Positions 20,100 to 27,974 of a stretch of 53,134 bases of DNA are shown one piece after another. Source of the DNA: an uncultured Candidatus Saccharibacteria bacterium. Lineage in GTDB: Bacteria > Patescibacteriota > Doudnabacteria > UBA920 > O2-02-FULL-48-8. Below the pieces are notes generated by a model that made no database searches, was not told where the DNA came from, and saw only the letters and a list, made by a program, of their open reading frames with translations. Both the position numbers and the translations under genes were made by a program. Location of the stretch: contig CAZOKE010000002.1 in the NCBI GenBank assembly GCA_964580495.1, positions 1-53,134 on the forward strand, written 5' to 3'. Within the stretch, counting starts at the first letter, position 1. Each line of letters begins with the position of its first letter.

Positions 20100-21251
20100 A
20101 TGACACAAGTTAAAACCATGGCCGAAGCCAAAACCATGCAGGAATTGCTGGCTTCGGAAGGCGTGGACATAAAGGTCCCCAAGACCGGGGACGTTCTGGA
20201 AGGTACCATTCTCTCTGTCGGGAAAAACGAAGTTTACATCGACATCGAGGGTTATGGGTTGGGCGTGGTCCGAGGGCGAGAGCTGTACGACGAAACGGTC
20301 CGGTTGGATTCTTTGAAGATCGGAGACAAAGTTTTTGCTTCCGTGCTGGAACCGGAAAACAAGGAAGGCAACATTGAATTGTCTTTCCGCGCTGCCGGCC
20401 AGGAGCGCGTTTGGCAGACCTTGCAGGACCGCATGCGCTCACGCGAAATTATCAAAACCAAGATTTTGGACGCCAACAAAGGCGGGCTTATGGTCGAAGT
20501 CAATGGGGTTATCGGGTTCTTGCCGGTGTCCCAGCTTTCAACCGAGCATTATCCGCGCGTCGAAGACGGCGACAAGAACAAAATCCTGGAAGTGCTGAAA
20601 GGTTATGTCGGCACTATCTTCAACGTTCAAATTATCACTGCTGATGCGGAAGAAGAAAAATTGATTGTTTCCGAAAAAGCCGTGGGTGAAGAAGCCTTGC
20701 GCGCCAAAATCTCCAAACTCAAAATTGGCGATGTGGTGGAAGGCGAAGTTTCCGGAATCGTGGATTTCGGCATCTTTATCAAATTCGGCGAAGGCCTGGA
20801 AGGATTAGTACACATTTCTGAATTGGCCTGGTCTCGGATTGAACACCCCAAAGACCTGTATAAAGTCGGCCAAAAATTGCAGGCTCAAGTCATCACCATT
20901 GATCGCGACCGCATTTCTTTGTCAGTCAAACGGCTGCAGGCCGATCCTTGGCTCGAATCCATAAAGAAATACGAAGTCGGGCAGGTCGTCAAAGGCAAAG
21001 TTACCAAAGTCATGCCGTTTGGCGCATTCGTGGAACTGGATCCCGACATCTATGGTTTGGTTCACTCCGTGGAATTGTCTTCGGAAGAAGCCAAAGACCC
21101 GTCGGAAGTCGTTTCTGTGGGCGACGAGAAAGAATTTAAAATTATTTCCATCGAGCCGCAAGAGCACCGCTTGGGCCTCTCGCTTCGAGCCCTGACTCAA
21201 CCACAATCTGCGGCAAAAGTTGACGCGAAACCAGAAGAGCCAAAAGTTTAA
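20100..21251 (+). CDS. rpsA: 30S ribosomal protein S1 (four S1 domains)
   Basis: 383 aa with repeated S1-domain pattern (G..v.G.V....gg..V...g..GflP/H.SE). Confidence 0.85.
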   Translation: MTQVKTMAEAKTMQELLASEGVDIKVPKTGDVLEGTILSVGKNEVYIDIEGYGLGVVRGRELYDETVRLDSLKIGDKVFASVLEPENKEGNIELSFRAAGQERVWQTLQDRMRSREIIKTKILDANKGGLMVEVNGVIGFLPVSQLSTEHYPRVEDGDKNKILEVLKGYVGTIFNVQIITADAEEEKLIVSEKAVGEEALRAKISKLKIGDVVEGEVSGIVDFGIFIKFGEGLEGLVHISELAWSRIEHPKDLYKVGQKLQAQVITIDRDRISLSVKRLQADPWLESIKKYEVGQVVKGKVTKVMPFGAFVELDPDIYGLVHSVELSSEEAKDPSEVVSVGDEKEFKIISIEPQEHRLGLSLRALTQPQSAAKVDAKPEEPKV

Positions 21252-21256
21252 ATAAA

Positions 21257-21284
21257 AAAAACCGCCTCGAACGAGGCGGTTTTT
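21257..21284. terminator. Bidirectional intrinsic terminator after rpsA
   Basis: aaaaccgcctcg-aa-cgaggcggtttt. Confidence 0.85.
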
Positions 21285-21295
21285 ATTTCAATCGG

Positions 21296-21955
21296 TTAGA
21301 GGCTATTTTCTATTTTAACCAAATCATTGTAAACGGATTGGTTGTTCTGGACCCAATGGTCTTTGGGCGGCTGTTTGTAAACTCCGTTCATCTGTTTGAA
21401 AGTCATGTCTGAGTATTTCAGCAGGGAATTGTTCGGGTAAGCGTTTAGAAAATTATTCATCGTAATAATGCCTTCCCCGAGGTTGGATCCCATATACCAC
21501 AAATCGCTTCCGCCTATCCCCCAGCAATTGGCTTTGTCAGCAGGATAATGTTTGCAAAACGAGCTTTCGGCATTGGATAGCGCGATTATTTTTTTCCAAT
21601 TGTTGAGCTGGATTAGAGTTGAAGCGTAATTTGCCAAAGGCGAACCCTGCGCGCGCAAGTAGTTTCTGACCCTGGCCGCAAGCAGCAGCTGCCTGTCCAA
21701 ATCTTTCTGCATCTGTTTGCGTTCAAAGTACTTGGTCAACTGCAAGTTCAAATTATTCAGATAAGTGACCTGGTCGCCAATGACAAAGATCATAGAACCG
21801 CTGGTTCGCCCGTCCGGTATTGACGAAGCAAACGTTTCGTGCGGCAGCAGAAAAGTTATGAGGCTAAGCAGAGTGATTATGATTCCAAATTTGTGTTTCA
21901 GTGACAGGCTTAAGTAAGTTGCCTTAAGCGGCCGGATTTTTTTGATAATATCCAT
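21296..21955 (-). CDS. Membrane-anchored protein with a possible lysozyme-like domain (paralogue A)
   Basis: 219 aa, N-terminal TM segment. Conserved core GSPLANYA...NWKKIIALSNAESSFCKH...NCWGIGG is shared with the 22568..23209 protein. TTGACC-N17-TAAAAT promoter upstream. Confidence 0.55.
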   Translation of the reverse strand: MDIIKKIRPLKATYLSLSLKHKFGIIITLLSLITFLLPHETFASSIPDGRTSGSMIFVIGDQVTYLNNLNLQLTKYFERKQMQKDLDRQLLLAARVRNYLRAQGSPLANYASTLIQLNNWKKIIALSNAESSFCKHYPADKANCWGIGGSDLWYMGSNLGEGIITMNNFLNAYPNNSLLKYSDMTFKQMNGVYKQPPKDHWVQNNQSVYNDLVKIENSL

Positions 21956-22077
21956 TATTCAGTGGGAAATAATGTTTATTTGATTTCGACAAAATTTTAT
22001 CAGGAACTGACAATTGGGTCAACGCTGATATGTGGATTGCTTGTGGGAGAATAAAAAAACACCATTGGTGTTTTAAT

Positions 22078-22167
22078 TGGTGCCTGGGGAGGGAATCGGT
22101 CACAACTCGCTTCGCGGTTGCGACCCCGCCTCATCCGCCTGCTGGCGGATTCCGGCTTTCGATTCCC
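22078..22167 (-). pseudogene. tRNA-Leu 3'-end copy (21 nt including CCA) closing a ~90-nt three-helix unit. Either a tRNA-derived small RNA gene or an att-like scar.
   Basis: 22078-22098 is identical to 22213-22233 (tggtgcctggggagggaatcg). Helices: gggaatcg/cgattccc (22091-98/22160-67), atccgcc/ggcggat (22133-39/22144-50), gtcacaac/gttgcgac (22099-106/22117-24). The last has a G-U pair only on the minus strand. A terminator hairpin (22055-22075) follows the CCA. Confidence 0.5.
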
Positions 22168-22212
22168 ACAAAACTGCCACTGGCAGTTTTGCAAGTACCT
22201 TTTTGTAATTCT

Positions 22213-22299
22213 TGGTGCCTGGGGAGGGAATCGAACCCTCAATCCCTTGCGGGCCTGGGATTTTAAGTCCCATGCGTATGCCAGTTCCGCCACCCAGGC
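22213..22299 (-). tRNA. tRNA-Leu (anticodon UAA)
   Basis: Reverse complement folds as a cloverleaf with a long variable arm. Anticodon loop CTTAAAA. CCA is encoded. Confidence 0.9.
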
Positions 22300-22303
22300 A
22301 TTG

Positions 22304-22377
22304 TGGAGGCGTCAACCGGAGTTGAACCGGTGTAAAAGGTTTTGCAGACCTCTGCCTAACCGCTCGGCCATGACGCC
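22304..22377 (-). tRNA. tRNA-Cys (anticodon GCA)
   Basis: GGCGTCA/TGACGCC acceptor stem, anticodon loop CTGCAAA, T-arm ACCGG-TTCAACT-CCGGT, CCA encoded. Confidence 0.85.
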
Positions 22378-22567
22378 ATCGTCGCAGCTGGTCGAACTCC
22401 GCAAATCGCTTTCGGCGATTGTGTTCCGGTCGACTTGCTGCTCCTCTCAATTTAAAATGCTCTAGAAGGTCTTTTAATCAGCTGTGCATTTTAAATTGTA
22501 GAAGGTCTCCAATATTATACTTTTGTTTTAAGAAATTTTAAAGCCCTCCGCTAAGGAGGGCTTTATT

Positions 22568-23209
22568 TTAGTCGACCATTGGTAATTGGTTGACTTGATT
22601 CAAAGTTTGAGAAACCGCGGCAACCCATGATGGTGAATAGGAACCCACATAGCGGTTTACAATTTCCTTCGGAGTATCAGCACCGCGGGCGACATATTTG
22701 TTGGTAATCAAATTGTCGACATCCACGATTCCTTCATCCAAAGAAGAGTAACGCTTCATGTTCCAGGCTCCGCCAATGCCCCAACAGTTGTTGTACATTT
22801 GATGTTTGCACATCGTGGATTCACCGTTGGAAATGGCTAAGACCAGCTTCCAGTTTTGGCTTTTCAGCAAAGTGTCGGCATGGTCAGCCAGAGGAGAACC
22901 TTTCTGTGAAAGGTAGGCCTGGAGGATCGCGACGTTTTGATCAAAATTCGCTTGTTCGATTTGGGCTTGCTGGGCAGCTATTTCTTCCGCAGTCGGAGTA
23001 TCATTCTGGTCGGTATAGTTAGTCGGGATTTTTATTGTTGAAAGATTTTTTATTTCAAAGACGATTGCTGTTTGTTTGCCAGCCACTGGGGCTGGTAAAT
23101 CGGTTGAAGCAGCTGCTCTGTATGGGAGCAAGACTAAGCTTGTCGCGGCAATCAGGATTATCAGTAAGGCCTGATCGATTACGCTTAACCGATTGAAACG
23201 GCTTGTCAT
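22568..23209 (-). CDS. Membrane-anchored protein with a possible lysozyme-like domain (paralogue B)
   Basis: Core GSPLADHA...NWKLVLAISNGESTMCKH...NCWGIGG. The ATG at 23209 has an aaggaa Shine-Dalgarno-like sequence. The track ORF starts at a TTG at 23227. Confidence 0.55.
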   Translation of the reverse strand: MTSRFNRLSVIDQALLIILIAATSLVLLPYRAAASTDLPAPVAGKQTAIVFEIKNLSTIKIPTNYTDQNDTPTAEEIAAQQAQIEQANFDQNVAILQAYLSQKGSPLADHADTLLKSQNWKLVLAISNGESTMCKHQMYNNCWGIGGAWNMKRYSSLDEGIVDVDNLITNKYVARGADTPKEIVNRYVGSYSPSWVAAVSQTLNQVNQLPMVD

Positions 23210-23330
23210 CTTGAATTCCTTGCTCAATATTCATCCTTATGAATCCCGGCCAGCGGAATTTTGGCTCCACCAGCTGATGGGTAAGGACAAATAATGGGTT
23301 TGGTATGACCTTTATTAATTAATAAAGAAC

Positions 23331-23451
23331 AGTTGCGGGGTTAAGCCTCAAAAAGCTCGAATTTGCGAAGCTTTTTGTTGCCAACCCCACCCTCCGGAGA
23401 GGGATGGGGTACGCAACTATAGATATTAGCACAAAACTGGCATTTTGTCAA
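23331..23451 (-). promoter_or_regulatory. Near-consensus promoter plus a structured ~90-nt 5' leader for the 22568..23209 gene
   Basis: Minus strand TTGACA (23446-51), 17-nt spacer, TAATAT (23423-28). Leader helices: agttgcg/cgcaact (23331-37/23412-18) enclosing ccccaccctc-cgga-gagggatgggg and aaaaagct...agcttttt. Confidence 0.5.
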
Positions 23452-23521
23452 TGCCTAGGGTTAGGCCGGAATTTTCAATTTTCCGCAAAGAAAAAACCCC
23501 AAAAAATGGGGTTCTTTCTTC

Positions 23522-23595
23522 TGGAGCAGGTAGCGGGAATCGAACCCGCGCATCGTCCTTGGCAAGGACGTGTTCTACCACTAAACCATACCTGC
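23522..23595 (-). tRNA. tRNA-Gly (anticodon GCC)
   Basis: Cloverleaf fold, anticodon loop TTGCCAA, CCA encoded. Confidence 0.9.
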
Positions 23596-23604
23596 ATTCT
23601 TTCT

Positions 23605-23679
23605 TGGTGCCGCGGGTCAGAATCGAACTGACTACGCTCGCCTCTTCAGGGCGACGCTCTACCAATGAGCTACCGCGGC
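23605..23679 (-). tRNA. tRNA-Phe (anticodon GAA)
   Basis: GCCGCGG/CCGCGGC acceptor stem, anticodon loop CTGAAGA, CCA encoded. Confidence 0.9.
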
Positions 23680-23699
23680 GGGATTACATTATAGCATTC

Positions 23700-23776
23700 T
23701 GGTGGACGCTTGAGGACTCGAACCTCAGACCTTCTCGGTGTAAACGAGACGCTCTAACCATCTGAGCTAAGCGTCC
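23700..23776 (-). tRNA. tRNA-Val (anticodon UAC)
   Basis: GGACGCT/AGCGTCC acceptor stem, anticodon loop TTTACAC, CCA encoded. Confidence 0.9.
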
Positions 23777-23777
23777 A

Positions 23778-23862
23778 TGGTGGGCACGGAGAGACTCGAA
23801 CTCTCAAGCCATAAGGCATACGCACCTCAAGCGTACGTGTATACCAGTTCCACCACGTGCCC
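23778..23862 (-). tRNA. tRNA-Leu (anticodon GAG)
   Basis: Long variable arm, anticodon loop TTGAGGT, CCA encoded. TTGACT-N17-TATACT promoter upstream on the minus strand. Confidence 0.9.
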
Positions 23863-23960
23863 AATTTGAAAATCTCCAAAAGTATACGAAAAAAACAGCA
23901 TTAAGTCAATGCTGCATAAAAAAATAAGATTTCATAAAACCCGACCTGAGGGGCCGGGTT

Positions 23961-24353
23961 TTATGTTTCCATCTGCATTGTGGAGCCTGCCATGGAACTG
24001 GTGAGGGATGAAATCGCCAAAATGATGCCGAGAATGACTTCATTTGAAACAACGGTTCCAACAGAGCCGTGGCCCATTGCAAACGGAGCAATGATCATCC
24101 ATAGGCCCAATAAGAAATTAATCCAACCCGCCCAATTGGCTTCGTAATTTGCTAATTTAATCAGAGCTAAAATTGCCACGACAATGCCGACAATTACCGC
24201 ATTAGATGAAGAAATTCCGAAACTCGAATAATTAAGTATATATGGAGAAATAATTAGCCAAATACCGATCAATAAACTAATGATGCTGGCGGTATTGGAA
24301 GTTCGACGTGTAGCCATAAAATTATCACCCCCTCTCTCCTGCATCATAGCCAA
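23961..24353 (-). CDS. SPW-repeat-like small membrane protein
   Basis: 130 aa with four hydrophobic segments. Repeated W(L/M)II(S/A)P(Y/F) motif. Confidence 0.5.
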   Translation of the reverse strand: MAMMQERGGDNFMATRRTSNTASIISLLIGIWLIISPYILNYSSFGISSSNAVIVGIVVAILALIKLANYEANWAGWINFLLGLWMIIAPFAMGHGSVGTVVSNEVILGIILAISSLTSSMAGSTMQMET

Positions 24354-24407
24354 TTGGTTTAGAAGAGCTATTGGAAAAAGTTACAAGATTCTGAATACTG
24401 GCGCGAT

Positions 24408-25265
24408 TTAGAATGTGCGATTCCGTCCGACGATGATTTTAAGGGCTTTGGGTTTAATACTGATGGTAGCTGGAACTTCTGTTAGTTCCTGGGAACCCAG
24501 GCGAATGCGCATGTTCAATGGAGCTATCATTTCCAATTTTTGGAAATGAATTACGGAAGCATTGGGAATTTTTTCAAACTCACCTTTGAGAATTTGATTT
24601 TTATGGGTAAAGGCGCTGCTTTGGCTGACTTTAGGGAGGAGCAGCAGATCCAAAACCCCGTCCGAGGGGTTGCCGATTTCTTTGGACGAAGTGGCTCCCC
24701 TGGTATTTAGAATCAACCCTGACCAGATTTCCGAGCTGGCCTGGTAATTATTATCGACTCGAAATCGCGTTTCCAATGTTGGAGTTTTGGCTAATTTTTT
24801 TGCAAAGTTCAACCCGAAGAAATCAAAGCCTGTTTTTTGTTTGACATCCAATCCAAATTCCAGTTTGGATAAGAATTGTTTTCCGTTGATTAATCCCAAA
24901 TCGATTTCTTCCACTCGCCTTACAGCCAGGAATTTGCAGGCTTGGGCAATATCCGGAATTCCCAAGACGTAAGACAAGTCTGTTTGAACCAAAGGAATAA
25001 ATCCCAGAGTTATATCGCGATCTCCGGCCACGTTCACGATTTCATCCAAAGTTTCATCGGTTCCGACCGCCACGATTGTTTTGGCTTGGTGGAAAAACGC
25101 GGTCTCCACCAATTGCCGGATGGTGCGGATCCCGGTTACCCGTACGATTTCCCCGCTGATATGGTACTCAGATATAGAAGAGTACAGATTGGCCTGTACT
25201 CTTTCGAAATCGCGCTGGTTTACTTTGTTGGCATCGACAATGTAATAGTACATTTGAATAAACAA
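24408..25265 (-). CDS. Diacylglycerol/lipid kinase-family protein (YegS/BmrU-like) with a divergent catalytic loop
   Basis: 285 aa. IVAVGTDETLDEIVN sits where the family has GGDGT. Confidence 0.55.
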   Translation of the reverse strand: MFIQMYYYIVDANKVNQRDFERVQANLYSSISEYHISGEIVRVTGIRTIRQLVETAFFHQAKTIVAVGTDETLDEIVNVAGDRDITLGFIPLVQTDLSYVLGIPDIAQACKFLAVRRVEEIDLGLINGKQFLSKLEFGLDVKQKTGFDFFGLNFAKKLAKTPTLETRFRVDNNYQASSEIWSGLILNTRGATSSKEIGNPSDGVLDLLLLPKVSQSSAFTHKNQILKGEFEKIPNASVIHFQKLEMIAPLNMRIRLGSQELTEVPATISIKPKALKIIVGRNRTF

Positions 25266-25268
25266 ATT

Positions 25269-25649
25269 CTAATTCATTATTCCTGATTCCTTATTCAAGT
25301 CTTGGGGTTTGCCACTCTTAGCTTCTTGCATTCGACAGTTGCCGGAAAATACTCCCCCTTCGCGGATGGAAATCTGCGCGCAAGCAATATTGCCGATGAT
25401 TTTTCCCGTCTCCAGGATGCTGAGTGAATTTTTTATGGTAACATTCCCCTTCACTGTCCCGGCGATGACTGCGTTTTGGGCTATCACGTCGGCATCGATC
25501 TGGGCGCTGGGCCCGATCATGAGATCTTGAGAGGTGGCGACCTTTCCCGAAACCAGGCCGTCGATGCGAATATTGCCAGAGGATTTTAATTCGCCTTCAA
25601 TTCGCATACCGGTCGAAACAATAGTCTCGGGGATTTCATTGCGTGCCAT
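25269..25649 (-). CDS. Bactofilin-family cytoskeletal protein
   Basis: 126 aa. Repetitive beta-helix pattern (GNIRIDGLVSGKV, VIAGTVKGNVTIKNSLSILETGKIIGNI). Confidence 0.75.
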   Translation of the reverse strand: MARNEIPETIVSTGMRIEGELKSSGNIRIDGLVSGKVATSQDLMIGPSAQIDADVIAQNAVIAGTVKGNVTIKNSLSILETGKIIGNIACAQISIREGGVFSGNCRMQEAKSGKPQDLNKESGIMN

Positions 25650-25650
25650 A

Positions 25651-26130
25651 TTATTCTTTTGTGGGATTAATTGCTTGTTCTAACGCCTGCTTTTCTTCTT
25701 CCGTAAGTTTGGCTTTCGTTTTCCCGTTTTTTATGTCTTTGGCGTAAACTCTCGTGCCTTCTCGTCCATGAAACGATTGCAGAATTACTCCGTTATTGCG
25801 ATCGTCCAACAATGCCAGCCCAAAACTTAAGTTGCCTGCTTCACCAAATGGGCTAAACTTAACAAAGCCCATTTTTTGGTAGTTGTTTTTGTTGTTTTCA
25901 GTAAGTGCGGCAATCAGTCCAGCAATGTGGTCAAGGTTTTCATTGATTTTGCGGATTGATTGGTCCTGTTCGATAACGATCTGCTCAAGATTCTTCTTTA
26001 GTCCCTGCGAATAAAAATGGCGGCGGATTTCATTGAGCCTCTTGATGCGGAAAAATTGCCAGCCGACCAGGGCTAGCAGCAGGATTGCCAAACTTAAATT
26101 GATGTAGGTCAGATTGAAAAGCATCTTCAC
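25651..26130 (-). CDS. DUF4446-like membrane-anchored protein
   Basis: 159 aa, N-terminal TM segment. FSPFGEAGNLSFGLALLDDRNNGVILQSFHGREGTRVYAK resembles the DUF4446 core as I recall it. Confidence 0.55.
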   Translation of the reverse strand: MKMLFNLTYINLSLAILLLALVGWQFFRIKRLNEIRRHFYSQGLKKNLEQIVIEQDQSIRKINENLDHIAGLIAALTENNKNNYQKMGFVKFSPFGEAGNLSFGLALLDDRNNGVILQSFHGREGTRVYAKDIKNGKTKAKLTEEEKQALEQAINPTKE

Positions 26131-26190
26131 CTCAAGTATATATGCTTTGTTTGAGTTTGAAAAATCCCCAACCGAATGCTAATATATGAA

Positions 26191-26267
26191 GCGATCCGAA
26201 TGATCCGAATTGTGATCCGAATCTACAAATATTCGTAGCATTCGGATGATTCGTGGATTAGGATCGC
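26191..26267. repeat. Array of three direct GATCCGAAT words plus inverted partners (imperfect ~77-nt palindrome) in a divergent promoter region
   Basis: gatccgaat at 26193-201, 26202-210 and 26214-222. attcggat at 26240-247. gcgatcc (26191-97) pairs with ggatcgc (26261-67). Confidence 0.85.
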
Positions 26268-26287
26268 AAAATAGAAAGGGTAATATT

Positions 26288-26470
26288 ATGTCTAAATTAA
26301 ACCAGGTTTCGGTCCAAAACGACGAGCAAGAATATCACCAAGTCCGCAAAGATCTGATTTTTGTCATTACCATGAACTTAATTTTCCTTGCAATCGTCTT
26401 AGGCCTCTTCTTCGTAAATCGTTCAACAGGAAAAGTTGACCAGTTCTTTGCCCAGTTGCTGAAGTTCTAA
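26288..26470 (+). CDS. Small single-pass membrane protein (60 aa)
   Basis: MSKLNQ... start preceded by gaaaggg. One TM segment (LIFVITMNLIFLAIVLGLFFV). The track ORF begins upstream at 26246 inside the palindrome. Confidence 0.5.
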   Translation: MSKLNQVSVQNDEQEYHQVRKDLIFVITMNLIFLAIVLGLFFVNRSTGKVDQFFAQLLKF

Positions 26471-26477
26471 AATTTAT

Positions 26478-26519
26478 GGCCCGGTCGTGCTGTGGTATTA
26501 CGCGGCATTCGCCCTGACC
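26478..26519 (+). pseudogene. Degenerate copy of the 5' half of the adjacent tRNA-Ala
   Basis: ggcccggtcgtgctgtggtattacgcggcattcgccctgacc aligns with tRNA positions 1-42 (shared tcgt.c.gtggta.tac.c.gcattcgc). It has no 3' half. Confidence 0.5.
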
Positions 26520-26527
26520 AATTTTAC

Positions 26528-26601
26528 GGGCTTATCGTACAGTGGTAGTACACCGCATTCGCATTGCGGGGACGGCAGTTCGATTCTGCCTAAGTCCACC
26601 A
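26528..26601 (+). tRNA. tRNA-Ala (anticodon CGC)
   Basis: G3-U70 pair in the GGGCTTA/TAAGTCC acceptor stem. Anticodon loop TTCGCAT. CCA encoded. Confidence 0.9.
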
Positions 26602-26631
26602 GAGAACTCGTGAATAAATATAATAAAAAAT

Positions 26632-26656
26632 AAAACCGCCGGTTAGGCGGTTTTTT
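26632..26656. terminator. Bidirectional intrinsic terminator
   Basis: aaaaccgcc-ggtta-ggcggtttt overlapping the murE stop. Confidence 0.8.
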
Positions 26657-27974
26657 GTTGAACTAATTTTCTCAATTCTTCTTTTACCACAATCCTGTCG
26701 TCCCAAGGGATCGTTTTGCCGTCTTTAATCATGGTCTGCTCTGCACCTTTGCCGGTGATAATAACTATATCGCCTGGTTGAGCCAAGGACAAAGCTTTAT
26801 CAATCCCCTCTCGCCTATCCAGAATTACAAATAGATTTTGATCGCGGATTTTGCCGTGTTTTTCGGCTTCAATGGCAATATCATTGGCAATCGGAAACGG
26901 ATCGTCTTCATAGGGATCCACATCGGAACAGATGACAAAATCCGCCTTTTTTCCAGCGGCTTCGCCCATGTGCTGCCGTTTGGCTTTGTCGCGTCCCCCG
27001 CCCTCGGCTCCAAGCAGGACAATGACTTTGTTGCTGCCTGCCATCTTGCGCCCGGTGTCTAAAACCGCATTCATGCTCACCTTTTCGTGTGCATAATCCA
27101 CGATCACCGTGAAGTTTTGTCCTGCCTCAATCTTCTGCATCCGGCCCTCGATCACTTTTAAATTGCTCAATCCTTTTCGAATATCATCACCGTTCAGGTG
27201 CAAGGCCGTTGCAGCTAGAGCCATGGCCGGCAGTGCGTTATAAACATTAAATCCTCCAAGCACGGAGATATGGCAATCCTGATTTTTTACCACGAAATCA
27301 ACTCCCTCGGGAGTTTCTTTAATATTTTCAGCAACCCAGTCCGCTCCCGGTCTCAAGCCGTAGGTAATTTTTAGATCAGCAGGAAAATTCAAAAAGAATT
27401 GTTTGTGTTCGTCGTCGTTGTTGGCAATAATTACCCTCGGCACGTATTTGCCATTCAGTTTTTTGACGTGTTCCATGAGGGATGCAAACAATTTTCCTTT
27501 GGCCTGTTTGTATTTTTCAAAACTGCCGCCATGGCTGGGCAGATGCTCGGGTGTTAAATTCGTAAAAATAGCGCAATCAAAAACTATCCCAATATGCCGG
27601 AACAATTTAATCCCCTCACTTGTAACTTCCATCACACAATGCGAGCAGCCGGAGTCCACCATTTGTCTCAGCATTTTTTGAAGTACAAAAGGCCCGGGCA
27701 TAGTCATGTGAAATTCGTTTAGCATTTCTCTATCCCCCAGCCGGATGTTTGCTGTCCCGATTTGCCCGGTTTTGATTCCAGCCGCATCCAATACCGACCA
27801 GACGAAATTTGCAGTGGAGGTTTTGCCTTTGGTTCCGGTTATGCCAATCATGTAAAGCTGCTTCGAAGGATAGCCGTACATCGACGCGGCAAAACGAGCC
27901 AACGTATAATGGTAGGATTTTATTATAGGTTCAGGAGTAAATTTTCTTATAACATTTTTAATTTTGTTCAACAT
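26643..27974 (-). CDS. murE: Mur ligase, MurE-like (UDP-MurNAc-tripeptide synthetase)
   Basis: 443 aa. P-loop GITGTKGKTST. C-terminal GAEGGGRDKAKR...ADFVICSDVDPYEDDP corresponds to the MurE GGDRDKGKR...DNPR region (DVDPY in place of DNPR). Short N-terminal domain. Confidence 0.65.
   Translation of the reverse strand: MLNKIKNVIRKFTPEPIIKSYHYTLARFAASMYGYPSKQLYMIGITGTKGKTSTANFVWSVLDAAGIKTGQIGTANIRLGDREMLNEFHMTMPGPFVLQKMLRQMVDSGCSHCVMEVTSEGIKLFRHIGIVFDCAIFTNLTPEHLPSHGGSFEKYKQAKGKLFASLMEHVKKLNGKYVPRVIIANNDDEHKQFFLNFPADLKITYGLRPGADWVAENIKETPEGVDFVVKNQDCHISVLGGFNVYNALPAMALAATALHLNGDDIRKGLSNLKVIEGRMQKIEAGQNFTVIVDYAHEKVSMNAVLDTGRKMAGSNKVIVLLGAEGGGRDKAKRQHMGEAAGKKADFVICSDVDPYEDDPFPIANDIAIEAEKHGKIRDQNLFVILDRREGIDKALSLAQPGDIVIITGKGAEQTMIKDGKTIPWDDRIVVKEELRKLVQQKTA

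Noticed and set aside
22000-22465. Track ORFs 22000..22293, 22030..22266, 22100..22450 and 22118..22465. The same applies to 23404..23765 and 29769..30130.
   Set aside because: They run through tRNA genes and terminator hairpins. They are explained by the structured RNA sequence rather than by coding.
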